Shown piece after piece: positions 45,198 through 55,540 of a stretch of DNA of 64,000 nt. The notes under the pieces are model-generated. The model was not told the DNA's origin, did no database searches, and saw nothing but the letters and a program-made list of their open reading frames with translations. This stretch comes from Bacteroidota bacterium (GTDB lineage: Bacteria; Bacteroidota; Ignavibacteria; UBA10030; SZUA-254), in the NCBI GenBank assembly GCA_035635475.1, contig DASQAZ010000113.1, positions 360 through 64,359 on the forward strand, in the 5' to 3' direction. Made by a program: the position numbers and the translations under genes. How positions within the stretch are numbered: position 1 is the first letter of the stretch; every line of letters starts with the position of its first letter.

Positions 45198-46627
45198 TGG
45201 CCGGATTGACCTTCGCCGGGCGGCTCGGGATTCCGCAAGGAACGGGGGAGGAACTTCCGGAACCACCGCCAGTTTATGAATAAATTTTCGCGGCCCATGC
45301 GTAGCGTCAGGTAAATCCCAAGGCAGCCGATCAGGATATTTGCCCCCCACATCCCGACCCAGGGGGGGATAATCGCGCGGTCGGCCAGTTTCTCCCCGCC
45401 GATGAGGGACGCCCAGTAGAGAAGAAAAAATCCAAAGCTCATCGATGCGGCAACGGCAAACGTTCCGCGCCTCGCCATGATGCCGAGAGGCGCGCCGATG
45501 AACACGAAGACAATGCAGGCAACGGGAATCGCATACTTCTTGTGGATCTCTACTACATACTGGTTGATCTGGTCCCGATTGTATTTGATAAGCATCATCT
45601 GATTGTCGACGGCGTTCGCCATCGAATGCGCCCTATTAAGCGCGAGCTGAACGGCCTGCTCGTGGACCGGGGCGGTGACCGCGGGAGGACCGCCGGGCCG
45701 CGGAGCCGGCACCTCATGGAACGCCTGGCCTCCGTTTCGCCGGTCCGGCATCCCGAAGCCGGAAAATGGGTACGATTCGTTCCGGACAACCTGGTCGAGC
45801 GCGGCGGCATTCGCCTGCTCAAGACTGTCGACGAGATGTTGCATGTCCTGCGCGCTGAGTTCCCTGTCCCCCCGGCCAAATGCATTTTCATTCGAGCGCT
45901 CGAAATCGAATCCCTCCGCGTTCATGACGATGCGATGGCGGACGTAACGCATTTTCCGGTATTCCTGGAGAGTGGTTGTGCCGAGCTGGTGAATCTCACC
46001 GTTGTACAAATCCATGATGAGTTTCCGCTGATCCGGCGTAAAGGTTACAGTTCCCCGCTCCGCGGTGACCACGACATTCGTCCCGGGATCGGTGTAGTCG
46101 TAGATCGTGATTCCCTCGAGGTCGTTCGAGTGTTCGAATGTCTTGCGCGCAAGGATGCTGTAGCCGGCGATATTCTGGGAAAACAATCCGGAGTTGATCG
46201 CGAGTGTCGGCTTCACTTTTCGGATATCGACCATCAGAACCTTGACCCGGTGATTCGCCTCCGGCAGGACGTTGTTATCAAATTGAATCAGGAGAGCCGT
46301 CAGAAGTATCGAGGCGATGAATACCGGGGCGATCATCCGGTACAGGCTCATGCCACCCGCCTTCATGGCCGTAACCTCGTTCTGTGCCGACAGCGAGCCG
46401 AATGCCATCAGGGCGGATACCAGGACGGCCATGGGCACGGCAAGCACCACCATCCAGGCGAGGCTCAGCGTTATCAACTCGCCGATCACCAGGGAGCTCA
46501 GGCCCTTCCCGACAAGCTGATCCGCAAATTTCATTAAAAATTGAAGCAGGAACACGAACATCAAGGTCACACATGAGAACAGGAACGGACCGGCATGTGC
46601 CTGAAGGATGTGGAATGAGAGCCGCAT
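45194..46627 (-). CDS. LptF/LptG-family LPS export permease (with enlarged periplasmic insert)
   Basis: LSFHILQAHAGPFLFSCVTLMFVFLL...EVTAMKAGGMSLYRM matches the YjgP/YjgQ family. It is paired with the downstream paralog. Confidence 0.75.
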   Translation of the reverse strand: MRLSFHILQAHAGPFLFSCVTLMFVFLLQFLMKFADQLVGKGLSSLVIGELITLSLAWMVVLAVPMAVLVSALMAFGSLSAQNEVTAMKAGGMSLYRMIAPVFIASILLTALLIQFDNNVLPEANHRVKVLMVDIRKVKPTLAINSGLFSQNIAGYSILARKTFEHSNDLEGITIYDYTDPGTNVVVTAERGTVTFTPDQRKLIMDLYNGEIHQLGTTTLQEYRKMRYVRHRIVMNAEGFDFERSNENAFGRGDRELSAQDMQHLVDSLEQANAAALDQVVRNESYPFSGFGMPDRRNGGQAFHEVPAPRPGGPPAVTAPVHEQAVQLALNRAHSMANAVDNQMMLIKYNRDQINQYVVEIHKKYAIPVACIVFVFIGAPLGIMARRGTFAVAASMSFGFFLLYWASLIGGEKLADRAIIPPWVGMWGANILIGCLGIYLTLRMGRENLFINWRWFRKFLPRSLRNPEPPGEGQSGQ

Positions 46628-46895
46628 AATGAAATATAGCGTCAGAAGAGGCGATTTCCAAGCCCCTTTGCTGCCGCCGAGTGACCGGAGATAAGCTCAC
46701 CGAAAGGGTACTTGCTTATGAAGACGCATTTGGCTACCTTTTTCAAGCACTCAATGGAGCGAAAGGAGCCGTTTAGTATCGAATCTTGGTGACTGTTTAA
46801 TTGTGCCCACGGGTTTTCCCGTGTAACGTCACAATTTTGTAGACAACAGGACGATAATACTAAGTTTGGCCGACATTCGCTCACCCCTGCGCGGG

Positions 46896-49800
46896 ATGAT
46901 CCCGCCTCCCTATACCCGCGCTCATACCCGTGTAATCCTCCTTGCGTTGGCGCTCAATGCCGTCGCTTTGTTATTGCCGACGCCCGCCGGGGCGCAGGTC
47001 CCGCCGGCGGTTGCCGACTCGCTGCGCCTCGACAGTCTGCAGAGAGGCCTCATCTTTCCATTCCCCGGCATCAACGATACGACCAATGTGCGCCTGCGCG
47101 GAAGGGGCCGTGACTCGCTTCACGCGGGGCGCGACTCTCTGGGATTCCTCCGCGACTCACTCCGCGGCCGCGGCGAATCGGGCGTGAAGATCGATACGGC
47201 CTGGGTCCCGTATCTCGATTCGACGTCGCGATTGCAGCAGTTTATACACCGGCGATCCGATATGCCGATGGTGGAACTATTTCCGCGCGAGAATTACAGC
47301 CTTTACCTGGACGTGCGTTCGGCCGCATACAACCGGCGATTCGAACTCGATTCCGCCGGCCGCTCGGTCACCGTGCGGGAACAGGTCAACGGCAAGGACG
47401 TAAAAATCCCGGTGTCGGTGCCGCTGGAAGATTATATCGGGCTCCGATCCCGCGAGGAAAAGAGACGATCGTGGCGTGAGCTCGTGACACGGTACCAGTA
47501 CAAAGAGACCCAGGACCAGCTCGGAGGATTTCTCTCTTCGCTCACGAATATCGAAATACCCGTTCCTGCAAACCCGATCCTCAGCATCTTCGGCGGCCGG
47601 GGAATAAAACTCAATGTTTCGGGCGCAGTGGATATCCGGGGGGCGTTCCGCAACCAGTCGTCGGATCAGGTGACGCTCTCGCGCCAGGATCAATCGCGAA
47701 GCGAGCCGGATTTCAACCAGACCGTTCAGGTGAACGTCAACGGGACGATCGGAGACAAGCTGAATATCCTCGCCGACTGGAACACACAGCGCACATTCGA
47801 GTACGAGAACCAGCTCAAGATCAAGTACACGGGATACGAGGACGAAGTCGTTCAGAGCGTGGAGGCGGGCAATGTCTCCCTCCAGACTCCTTCGCTCGTC
47901 GGGGGCGGGCAGGCGCTCTTCGGCATCAAGGCGAGAATGCAGGCAGGACCCCTGACGCTCACCACGCTTGTCTCGCAGAAGAAGGGGCAGACGAAGGAGC
48001 TCACGCTCACCGGCGGAGCCCAATCGAGCGAGTTCCCCGTTCTTCCGACGTCGTACGCAAAGAACTACTACTTTGTCGATACACTGTATCGAAAATTCTA
48101 CGCGAATCTTCACAGCTCACCCGCACCGACGATCGGCCCCGACGTGACGGAGAATCAAATCCTGCAGATTGACGTCTGGCAGAGTCTCCTCAATAATACT
48201 CCGAGCGCCACCGGAACGTACGTCACGGCCTCTGCGTATGTCAATCTGCCCGGGCACCCGAGCGATGTTTCGTATGCCCCCGATTTTGTCGCCACCTTTG
48301 ATACCACCTCGCCCGGCAACTATAAGAGAGGGTACTGGACGAGACTCGATCCGACGAAGGACTACCGCTATGACAAGTCCGCGGGCACGGTTACGCTTCT
48401 TACAAGCGTCGTCGATGCGCAGGCGATTGCGGTGAATTACACCATCGTCGGCGCGGGCGGAAGAAATCAAGTCTACGGCGACAGCGTCGGACATAATTTG
48501 TATCTCAAGCTCATCAAACCGGAAAACATTCAGGACCATCCGGGTTATAAGCCGGCGTGGGACCTCATGTTGAAAAATATCTATCCGCTCGGGGGGAGGG
48601 ACCTGAAAGAGGAGGGCTTTAAGTTCAAGGTTCTGCGGCACAGAGACGGCACGACGGACGATTTTCAGATTTACGGTACGAACCTCCTGGCGGTGCTCGG
48701 ACTCGACCGATTTGATGCGGCGAAAACCCCAAAGGCCGGCGGTGACGGTGAGTTCGATTTTATTAAAGGCGTGACCGTCGACGTGGAACGGGCCGAGATC
48801 ATTTTTCCCTCGCTGCGTCCGTTCGATTCGACCATCGTCCAGTATTTCAGGGGCATCGGAAAGGCGATTTCCGATTCCCTTCTCTTTAGCGATATCTATG
48901 ATACGACGGCGACAGCGGCACAATACAACGCGGTGAAAAACCGCTACTTCATGCAAGTTACGTCATCGACATCCCAATCGAGCCGATATCAGCTTGGGTT
49001 TAACCTCGTGGAGGGAAGCGTTCAGGTGCTCTGGAACGGCACGCCCCTGCTGCCGACCGTCGACTACACGGTGGATTACATCGTGGGGGAGGTCATTATT
49101 CGCAAGCCCGAAGCACTCCTTCCGGGTGCGAGCGTTCAGGTGAAGTACGAGCAAAACGATCTGTTTCAGCTTGCGTCCAAAACGCTGATCGGAGCTCGCG
49201 GCGAGATGGTAAACCTGTTTCCCAATACCAACATTGGTTTTACGGTCATGAGCCTCTCCCAGGCCACGCTGAGCGATAAAGTGCGATTGGGCGAGGAACC
49301 CACCAGTAATATGATCATGGGGTTCGATGCTTCGACATCATTCAACCTGCCGTTTCTGACGCAGGCAATTGACGCGCTTCCGTTCATCCGCACCCGGGAA
49401 ATGTCGAGCATCAGATTCGGCGGTGAAGCAGCGTACGTCCTTCCCAATCCAAATACGAAGACCAGCACCATCACCGATGATAACGGTGCGAGCATCGCCT
49501 ACCTCGATGATTTTGAAGGAGCCAGGAGGACGATCCCTCTGCCGATCAGCTACTCAGCCTGGCATCTGGCCAGCGCGCCTGCGTATAGCTTGTTGGGAGC
49601 AGGCCTGACGAACGAAAAAAAGACATATGCCAAGGGAAGGCTGGTTTGGTACAACCGGCTGCCAAGTGACGTGGTCTCCCAGGAGATCTGGCCGCACCGG
49701 GAAGTGCGGACAGGCGAAAACCTCGTGACGGTATTGAATCTTGACTATGATCCCCGTCATCGGGGGATGTACAATTTTTCGCCGAAACTCGATTCCACGC

Positions 49801-52800
49801 TTCACCGCCCGGGAGGGGGATATGATTTCCCCGACACCGATGGCCGGAAGCTCCGGCAAAGGAACTGGGGAGGCATCATGCGGTACATTTCGAACGCGGC
49901 AGGGCTTATCGACCAGAACATCGCCTACCTCGAGCTCTGGATAAAACCCATAACCCCCGATCAGCAGGATCTCAGGCACGGAAAGTTGTTCATCGACCTC
50001 GGCCGCGTCAATGAAGATGTCATACCCAACGGGAGCTTGAATTCAGAAGACATCATCAAGACGCCGCAAAATCCTGAGGGAATTCCAAACGGCGTGCTCA
50101 ACACCGGCGAGGATGTCGGCCTCGACATGCTTGCCGACAGCGCCGAGCAGCGCGTGTACGCGGGTTTTGTCGCTTCCAATAGCGGCGATCCGGATGTCAA
50201 TCCGAACGACCCGAGCGGTGACGATTGGTCTTATGCCACGGGGGACTCGAATTTCAGCAAGATCAACGGAGTCGAGGGGAATGTCAACGGTGTCGACGGC
50301 CGCCTGCCCGATACGGAGGATCTGAATAGCAATGGCGCGGTGGACCAGGTGGATCAATACAATGAATACGAAGTGCCGCTCGACAGTGTGTATTACGATT
50401 CGCTGGGGATTGAACAGCGAAACACGTTGATTGTCGGGGGCGACACATGGCACCAGATTCGCATACCGCTCTTCAGTCCGTCCCGAATCATCGGCGGGGA
50501 TCGCTCGGCAGGATCGGTGCTGAGCGAGGTGCAGTACGTTCGGCTCTGGATGTCGGGGTTCGAGAGTCCCGTGCGCCTTCGGATTGCAGAGATGAATTTC
50601 GTCGGTAATCAGTGGATCCAGAGGTCGACGGGGGACTCGACGCTTAAAGTCTCTGTTGTGAACATCGAAGATAACCCGAGCTACACAAGCCCGCCCGGAG
50701 TCATCCGCGAACGCGATAAGACCCAGCCCGACAGGATCATCTTCGGCAACGAACAATCCCTTTCCCTCGTCCTGAATGGGCTGCGCCGGGGGGAAACGCG
50801 TCAGGTTTATCGTTCGTTCGCCGTGAGACCTCTGGACCTTTTCAACTATAAGACAATGAAGATGTTCGTGCACGGCGACCCGGCGATTGGATACTATGCG
50901 CCGGACCGCTACGACGCGGAGGCTTTCATCCGCTTCGGCTCAGACTCGCTGAACTTCTACGAATACCGCCAGCCGATCCGGCCGGGGTGGGATCCGCTCA
51001 ACGACATGAATATCATCTTTTCACAACTCACGTCTGTCAAGGCGACGCGTGACTCGCTGAATAAGTTATACAGGATTGACGTGCCGAATGGCCATCCGGG
51101 AGCGACCTATGGCGTACAGGGAAACCCGTCCCTGAGGCAAATCCGCGAGATTTCTATCGGGATTACAAATCCGGCGCTCCAGGGGGGCACTGTCCCTCTC
51201 GTCGGCCAGATCTGGGTCAACGAACTGCGGCTAACCGATGTGGATAATTCCAAAGGATTCGCGTATCGCTTCGACACGCAGGTCAAGCTGGCGGACCTGG
51301 GCGGCGTGAGCTTCAACTATTCGAAAACAGATCCTTTCTTCCACGGCCTCGATCAGCGGTTCGGCGGCCAGACCACGCAGGTGAACTGGGGTGTGAATGC
51401 GAATGCCTCTCTCGAGCATTTCTTTTCGCAGGATTGGCAGGGAACGACGATCCCGGTCGGCTATTCGCATTCAGAGGGCCTCATCAAGCCGAGGTATCTG
51501 CCGAACAGCGATGTGGTCGTCGTCGAAGCTGCGAATCTCGCCGCGAGGGGCGCTGCACCTGATCACGCTGCTGCGGTTACCGACAGCGTTGTCACGACCT
51601 CACAAACGCTCCACGTGCAGGACTCCTACTCGATTCCGAATTTCCGTCTGGCGCTTCCGAGCCAGGCATGGTATGTGCGCGATACCTTCAGCAAGCTTTC
51701 CTGGGCGTTCAATTATTCGACTTCCCACGATCGGGATCCTGCCATTACGATGAGGAGGAGCTGGCAATGGAACTTCAAGCTCAGTTATGGCGTCGCCCTG
51801 CCTTCCGATTATTACATCCAGCCGTTCAAACATCTGTTCAACGGGATCTTCATCCTGGATTCCTACAAGGATTGGAAATTTTATTTACTGCCGATCACGA
51901 GCCTCTCGGCGAATGTCGGCGCGCAGCGTTCGCGCACCTATGAGGTGTCACGCGATCCCGCGAGTACACCCCGCGATTCCCGGAATTTCTCCGGCGGAAA
52001 GTCGTTCGGCTTCGGATGGAAATTGACTGAAGGCGGGCTCTCCGGACTCTCCGGCGATTACGGCCTGTCACTCGATCGCAATCTGTTAGTCCTGGACAAC
52101 GATTCGGCGGGCCGCGGCCTCTCATCAATATTCAAGGATATCTTTTTCAAGGGCGCCGACAGCCGTTATGGTCAACGGGTGACGTTCAATTCAAAGCCTA
52201 GAATTCCCGATGTGTTCGATATTCCGAAGTATCTCACGCTGAATGCAGGGTATGCCGTCAACTACGCCTGGCAGAACGCATTTCAGAATGGGGATATCGG
52301 GAAGAGCGCGGGATTCGATAATAATGTGACGCTCTCGTTCGACTTCCGGCTAAAGTCGCTCTTCGATCCGTTGTTTCAGTCGAAGGCCGAACCCGTCCCG
52401 GCAGCCCCCAGGAGCCCGTCGGATTCAACGGCCGGCAAGGGAGAAAAGAAGGATAACCTCGGCTCCCTGCTTGCAGGCCTGAAAACGGCGGCGACCATCT
52501 TTCTGAAGATTCCGTTCCTCGATTATGAGACGATCAACATCTCCTTTGCGCAGACAAATCATGCCGCCAATAGCGGCGTCGTTGGATCGACCGGATTCCG
52601 GAATTTCTGGGGGCGATTGCCCTTTCAGGGATCGGTGCCCGAGTACGGCCCGTCGCGGCTGTATCAGTTGGGACTGATCTCCGATCCGAGCGGCTCCCTC
52701 CGGTTCAGCCCACATTCAGGCTTCCCGTATTTTGGATGGTCAACGGTGCCCGGGGTAAGGGCTCCGAACGCTCAGCTTGCCGACCAGTACGGTCAGACGA

Positions 52801-53840
52801 ACAGCATCGCGCTCAGGACAAATCGGCCGCTTTGGCCGGGGGCGACACTCGAGGTAAACTGGAAGGTTGGGTGGCAATTCCAGAAGAGCACGACGTTTCT
52901 GACCGATGCATTCGGCAACAGGGCGGAAACAACCACCGACGCATCCGGGAATCTCGTAGCCGCCGTGCCGACGATCGCAACGCAGGGGAGTATCGAGAGG
53001 TCGTTCCTTACTCTTCCTCCGGTCTTCTTCCTGAAGGTGTTCAAGAGCAATCTCGAGGACGTGGGGAAAAAATATAACCGTTTGAACGATCTCGACAAAG
53101 ACCCAACCCATTACGCGGAACACCTTGCCGAGTCGTTTGAGAAGGGGCTCGAGGCATTGCCGTTTCTGAACAGGGTGTTGGGACAATATGTACCGCGGCC
53201 GAACTGGAGCCTGCGCTGGGATGGTCTCGAAAAAATAGCCGGTATCGGATCCGTGGTGGAGAGGATGTCATTGGAACACGCGTACACGGCGAGCTTTCGT
53301 CGGGATTTCCGGGGAGATATTTCCGGCGGGGAGAGGACCGATATCGAACGCGTGCAGTACGGTTTTGCTCCGCTCGCAGGCATCAATGCGACATTTAAGG
53401 AATTTCTCAAGGGAAACATGACGGGCACGCTGAGGTACAACTCGTCGACCGCCTACGATTTGAACCTCGCCGCGCAAAACATCACCGAGACCGCATCGCA
53501 GGAGATTTCGCTCTCGCTCTCGTATTCCCGGCGCGGTTTTAAATTCCCCCTCTTCGGACTAACCCTGTCCAACGACGTGGATGTCTCTCTTACGTTTTCG
53601 CGGACGAAGAACTCGCGGCGTTCGCACGATCCGAACTTTTTGGACGTCAACCAGGAAGGAACCCCGATTGAAGGCAGTACGCGAACATCGGCGGAGCCGC
53701 GCATCCGGTATGTCCTCAGCACGCGGGTGTCGGCGGCGCTCTTTTATCGATTCACGAAAGTAGCGCCCGATGAGGGAGGTTCGCTCATTACCGGAACCAC
53801 GACCAACGAAGCCGGTGTTGAGATTCATATAACGATTTGA
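46896..53840 (+). CDS. sprA: T9SS outer-membrane translocon SprA (Sov)
   Basis: The product is about 2300 aa, a size characteristic of SprA, with a signal peptide (VILLALALNAVALLLPTPAGAQ). Beta-strand-rich composition runs throughout, with motifs such as GGFLSSLTNIEIPVPANPILSIFG and AEIIFPSLRPFD. The ATG at 46896 is preferred over the TTG at 46866. Confidence 0.85.
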   Translation: MIPPPYTRAHTRVILLALALNAVALLLPTPAGAQVPPAVADSLRLDSLQRGLIFPFPGINDTTNVRLRGRGRDSLHAGRDSLGFLRDSLRGRGESGVKIDTAWVPYLDSTSRLQQFIHRRSDMPMVELFPRENYSLYLDVRSAAYNRRFELDSAGRSVTVREQVNGKDVKIPVSVPLEDYIGLRSREEKRRSWRELVTRYQYKETQDQLGGFLSSLTNIEIPVPANPILSIFGGRGIKLNVSGAVDIRGAFRNQSSDQVTLSRQDQSRSEPDFNQTVQVNVNGTIGDKLNILADWNTQRTFEYENQLKIKYTGYEDEVVQSVEAGNVSLQTPSLVGGGQALFGIKARMQAGPLTLTTLVSQKKGQTKELTLTGGAQSSEFPVLPTSYAKNYYFVDTLYRKFYANLHSSPAPTIGPDVTENQILQIDVWQSLLNNTPSATGTYVTASAYVNLPGHPSDVSYAPDFVATFDTTSPGNYKRGYWTRLDPTKDYRYDKSAGTVTLLTSVVDAQAIAVNYTIVGAGGRNQVYGDSVGHNLYLKLIKPENIQDHPGYKPAWDLMLKNIYPLGGRDLKEEGFKFKVLRHRDGTTDDFQIYGTNLLAVLGLDRFDAAKTPKAGGDGEFDFIKGVTVDVERAEIIFPSLRPFDSTIVQYFRGIGKAISDSLLFSDIYDTTATAAQYNAVKNRYFMQVTSSTSQSSRYQLGFNLVEGSVQVLWNGTPLLPTVDYTVDYIVGEVIIRKPEALLPGASVQVKYEQNDLFQLASKTLIGARGEMVNLFPNTNIGFTVMSLSQATLSDKVRLGEEPTSNMIMGFDASTSFNLPFLTQAIDALPFIRTREMSSIRFGGEAAYVLPNPNTKTSTITDDNGASIAYLDDFEGARRTIPLPISYSAWHLASAPAYSLLGAGLTNEKKTYAKGRLVWYNRLPSDVVSQEIWPHREVRTGENLVTVLNLDYDPRHRGMYNFSPKLDSTLHRPGGGYDFPDTDGRKLRQRNWGGIMRYISNAAGLIDQNIAYLELWIKPITPDQQDLRHGKLFIDLGRVNEDVIPNGSLNSEDIIKTPQNPEGIPNGVLNTGEDVGLDMLADSAEQRVYAGFVASNSGDPDVNPNDPSGDDWSYATGDSNFSKINGVEGNVNGVDGRLPDTEDLNSNGAVDQVDQYNEYEVPLDSVYYDSLGIEQRNTLIVGGDTWHQIRIPLFSPSRIIGGDRSAGSVLSEVQYVRLWMSGFESPVRLRIAEMNFVGNQWIQRSTGDSTLKVSVVNIEDNPSYTSPPGVIRERDKTQPDRIIFGNEQSLSLVLNGLRRGETRQVYRSFAVRPLDLFNYKTMKMFVHGDPAIGYYAPDRYDAEAFIRFGSDSLNFYEYRQPIRPGWDPLNDMNIIFSQLTSVKATRDSLNKLYRIDVPNGHPGATYGVQGNPSLRQIREISIGITNPALQGGTVPLVGQIWVNELRLTDVDNSKGFAYRFDTQVKLADLGGVSFNYSKTDPFFHGLDQRFGGQTTQVNWGVNANASLEHFFSQDWQGTTIPVGYSHSEGLIKPRYLPNSDVVVVEAANLAARGAAPDHAAAVTDSVVTTSQTLHVQDSYSIPNFRLALPSQAWYVRDTFSKLSWAFNYSTSHDRDPAITMRRSWQWNFKLSYGVALPSDYYIQPFKHLFNGIFILDSYKDWKFYLLPITSLSANVGAQRSRTYEVSRDPASTPRDSRNFSGGKSFGFGWKLTEGGLSGLSGDYGLSLDRNLLVLDNDSAGRGLSSIFKDIFFKGADSRYGQRVTFNSKPRIPDVFDIPKYLTLNAGYAVNYAWQNAFQNGDIGKSAGFDNNVTLSFDFRLKSLFDPLFQSKAEPVPAAPRSPSDSTAGKGEKKDNLGSLLAGLKTAATIFLKIPFLDYETINISFAQTNHAANSGVVGSTGFRNFWGRLPFQGSVPEYGPSRLYQLGLISDPSGSLRFSPHSGFPYFGWSTVPGVRAPNAQLADQYGQTNSIALRTNRPLWPGATLEVNWKVGWQFQKSTTFLTDAFGNRAETTTDASGNLVAAVPTIATQGSIERSFLTLPPVFFLKVFKSNLEDVGKKYNRLNDLDKDPTHYAEHLAESFEKGLEALPFLNRVLGQYVPRPNWSLRWDGLEKIAGIGSVVERMSLEHAYTASFRRDFRGDISGGERTDIERVQYGFAPLAGINATFKEFLKGNMTGTLRYNSSTAYDLNLAAQNITETASQEISLSLSYSRRGFKFPLFGLTLSNDVDVSLTFSRTKNSRRSHDPNFLDVNQEGTPIEGSTRTSAEPRIRYVLSTRVSAALFYRFTKVAPDEGGSLITGTTTNEAGVEIHITI

Positions 53841-53848
53841 TCCCGCAC

Positions 53849-53877
53849 GGTCCCGCGGGGCGGGACGTGGCGGGACC
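53849..53877 (+). terminator. GC-rich nested hairpin after the sprA stop (weak terminator candidate)
   Basis: GGTCCCGC (53849-53856) can pair with GCGGGACC (53870-53877). Alternatively the inner GTCCCGC-GGG-GCGGGAC can form. Only a weak T-rich tail follows. Confidence 0.3.
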
Positions 53878-53916
53878 TATCCGTTGATTCTCTTTCCCGA
53901 ATTACTTACTATTAGA

Positions 53917-55506
53917 ATGGAGCATAACACAATGAATGTCATGACCGCGACGAAGGGCAGAATCCTGTGGATCGACGACGAAATCGAACTCCTTCGGTCC
54001 CATATTCTGCTCCTCTCCGAAAAGGGATATACCGTTGAAACGGCGACAAACGGCGAAGATGCGATCGAGCTTGTCAAGGAACATCCGATCGATCTCGTTT
54101 TTCTGGATGAAATGATGGCGGGGATCGGGGGACTGAAGACGTTGTCCAAGATCAAGGATATCCGGCCCGAACTGCCCGTCGTCATGATCACGAAGAATGA
54201 GGACGAGGGTCTGATGGAAGAGGCGATCGGCGTGAAGATAAGCGATTACCTCACCAAGCCGGTCAATCCGAGCCAGGTCCTGCTGGCCTGCAAGAAATTC
54301 CTGGAAGGCAAAAAAATCACCGGCGCGCAGATATCGAGGGATTACATCAAGGAGTTTAATCAGATATCGCTCGCCCTTCAGCAAAACCTGACCGCCGATG
54401 ACTGGACGTCGATTTACGCGAAGCTGGTCGACTGGTCGATGGAGCTGGATCATCACCCGGAGCTTGGCCTGAAGCAGACGCTGACCGATCAGTTTCGCGA
54501 GTGCAACGTCGAGTTTTCGAAATTCATCGAACGCAATTACCGTCAGTGGCTCGGACAAAAGAGCCGGCCGACGCTTTCGATCGACATCGTCGAGAAGTAT
54601 CTCATACCCCAACTCACGCCCGATCGGTCGGTCTTCTTCTTCGTGATCGACTGCCTCCGCCTGGACCAGTGGATGGCTATGGAATCGGTGCTGCGCGAAT
54701 ATTTCGATATCACCCGAGATTATTATTACTCCATTCTGCCGACGGCGACGCCGTACTCGCGCAATGCGATCTTCAGCGGTGCCTTCCCGGACGAGATTGA
54801 AGTCCGGTTCCCGGAGATCTGGGAGCAGTGGGAGGACGACGACAACAGCCGGAACAGATACGAGCACCAGTTCCTCGAGAATTTGCTCGAGCGCCGGAAG
54901 ATTCAATTGAAACCGGAGTCGAAGTATGTCAAAATACTCGACCCGGAGTTCGGCCGCAGCATCGAGCAGAATATCAATTCCTATACGAAAAACCGGCTTA
55001 CTTCGATCGTCGTCAACTTCGTCGATATGTTGGCGCACGGACGTTCCGACTCTCAAATTTTAAAGGAGATCGCTCCGGACGAAGCCGCCTACCGGTCGCT
55101 CACCCAGTCGTGGTTCATGCATTCGTCGCTTTTGGGAATGCTGCAGACGCTGTCGCGGCAGAAGAATGTCAAAATTGTGCTGACCACCGATCACGGAAGT
55201 ATCCGCAGCTTGCGCAGCACGAAGGTCATCGGCGATCGGGAAGCATCGACGAACCTTCGGTACAAATACGGCCGGAATCTGAAGTGCGATGAACGGCATG
55301 CTATCTTCGTTAAGAATCCGTCCGACTTCAGGCTGCCCAAGCGCAGCGTGACGATCAATTACCTGGTCGCCAAGGAAGACTATTACTTTGTCTATCCGAC
55401 GGAATTCCACAAGTACGTCAACCAGTACCGCGACAGCTTTCAACACGGCGGCATCTCGATGGAAGAAATGATTTTGCCCGTCGTGACGCTCGAGCCGAAA
55501 AAATGA
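53917..55506 (+). CDS. porX: T9SS response regulator PorX (receiver domain + PglZ/alkaline-phosphatase-superfamily domain)
   Basis: The receiver domain is ILWIDDEIELLRSHILLLSEKGYTVETATNGEDAIE...DLVFLDEMM...ITK. The PglZ-like C-terminus is FFFVIDCLRLDQW...PTATPYSRNAIFSG...VNFVDMLAHG...TTDHGS. Alternative starts are 53932 and 53941. Confidence 0.8.
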   Translation: MEHNTMNVMTATKGRILWIDDEIELLRSHILLLSEKGYTVETATNGEDAIELVKEHPIDLVFLDEMMAGIGGLKTLSKIKDIRPELPVVMITKNEDEGLMEEAIGVKISDYLTKPVNPSQVLLACKKFLEGKKITGAQISRDYIKEFNQISLALQQNLTADDWTSIYAKLVDWSMELDHHPELGLKQTLTDQFRECNVEFSKFIERNYRQWLGQKSRPTLSIDIVEKYLIPQLTPDRSVFFFVIDCLRLDQWMAMESVLREYFDITRDYYYSILPTATPYSRNAIFSGAFPDEIEVRFPEIWEQWEDDDNSRNRYEHQFLENLLERRKIQLKPESKYVKILDPEFGRSIEQNINSYTKNRLTSIVVNFVDMLAHGRSDSQILKEIAPDEAAYRSLTQSWFMHSSLLGMLQTLSRQKNVKIVLTTDHGSIRSLRSTKVIGDREASTNLRYKYGRNLKCDERHAIFVKNPSDFRLPKRSVTINYLVAKEDYYFVYPTEFHKYVNQYRDSFQHGGISMEEMILPVVTLEPKK

Positions 55507-55540
55507 AATCGGGAGGAGCATCCTCCTCATCCCCCCTCGA

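Noticed and set aside
44037-46537. Plus-strand ORFs 44037..44924 (295 aa) and 45542..46537 (331 aa) opposite the LptF/G-family genes
   Set aside because: The minus-strand frames give coherent multi-TM permeases with family N-termini. The plus-strand products are Arg/His/Asp-rich with no motifs.
46808-46823. CACGGG-TTTT-CCCGTG hairpin, nested in TTGTG...CACAA, in the lptF/sprA divergent region
   Set aside because: It has no T-tract and does not fit the CRP/FNR TGTGA-N6-TCACA spacing. It could be a regulatory site, but I cannot assign one.
47277-50873. Minus-strand ORFs 47277..48113, 48117..48956 and 50043..50873 inside sprA
   Set aside because: A single uninterrupted 2.3-kaa plus-strand frame with SprA-like features explains the region. 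The antisense ORFs are high-GC artefacts.
53902-55056. 384-aa minus-strand ORF opposite porX
   Set aside because: The plus-strand frame has receiver and PglZ motifs. The antisense product has none.
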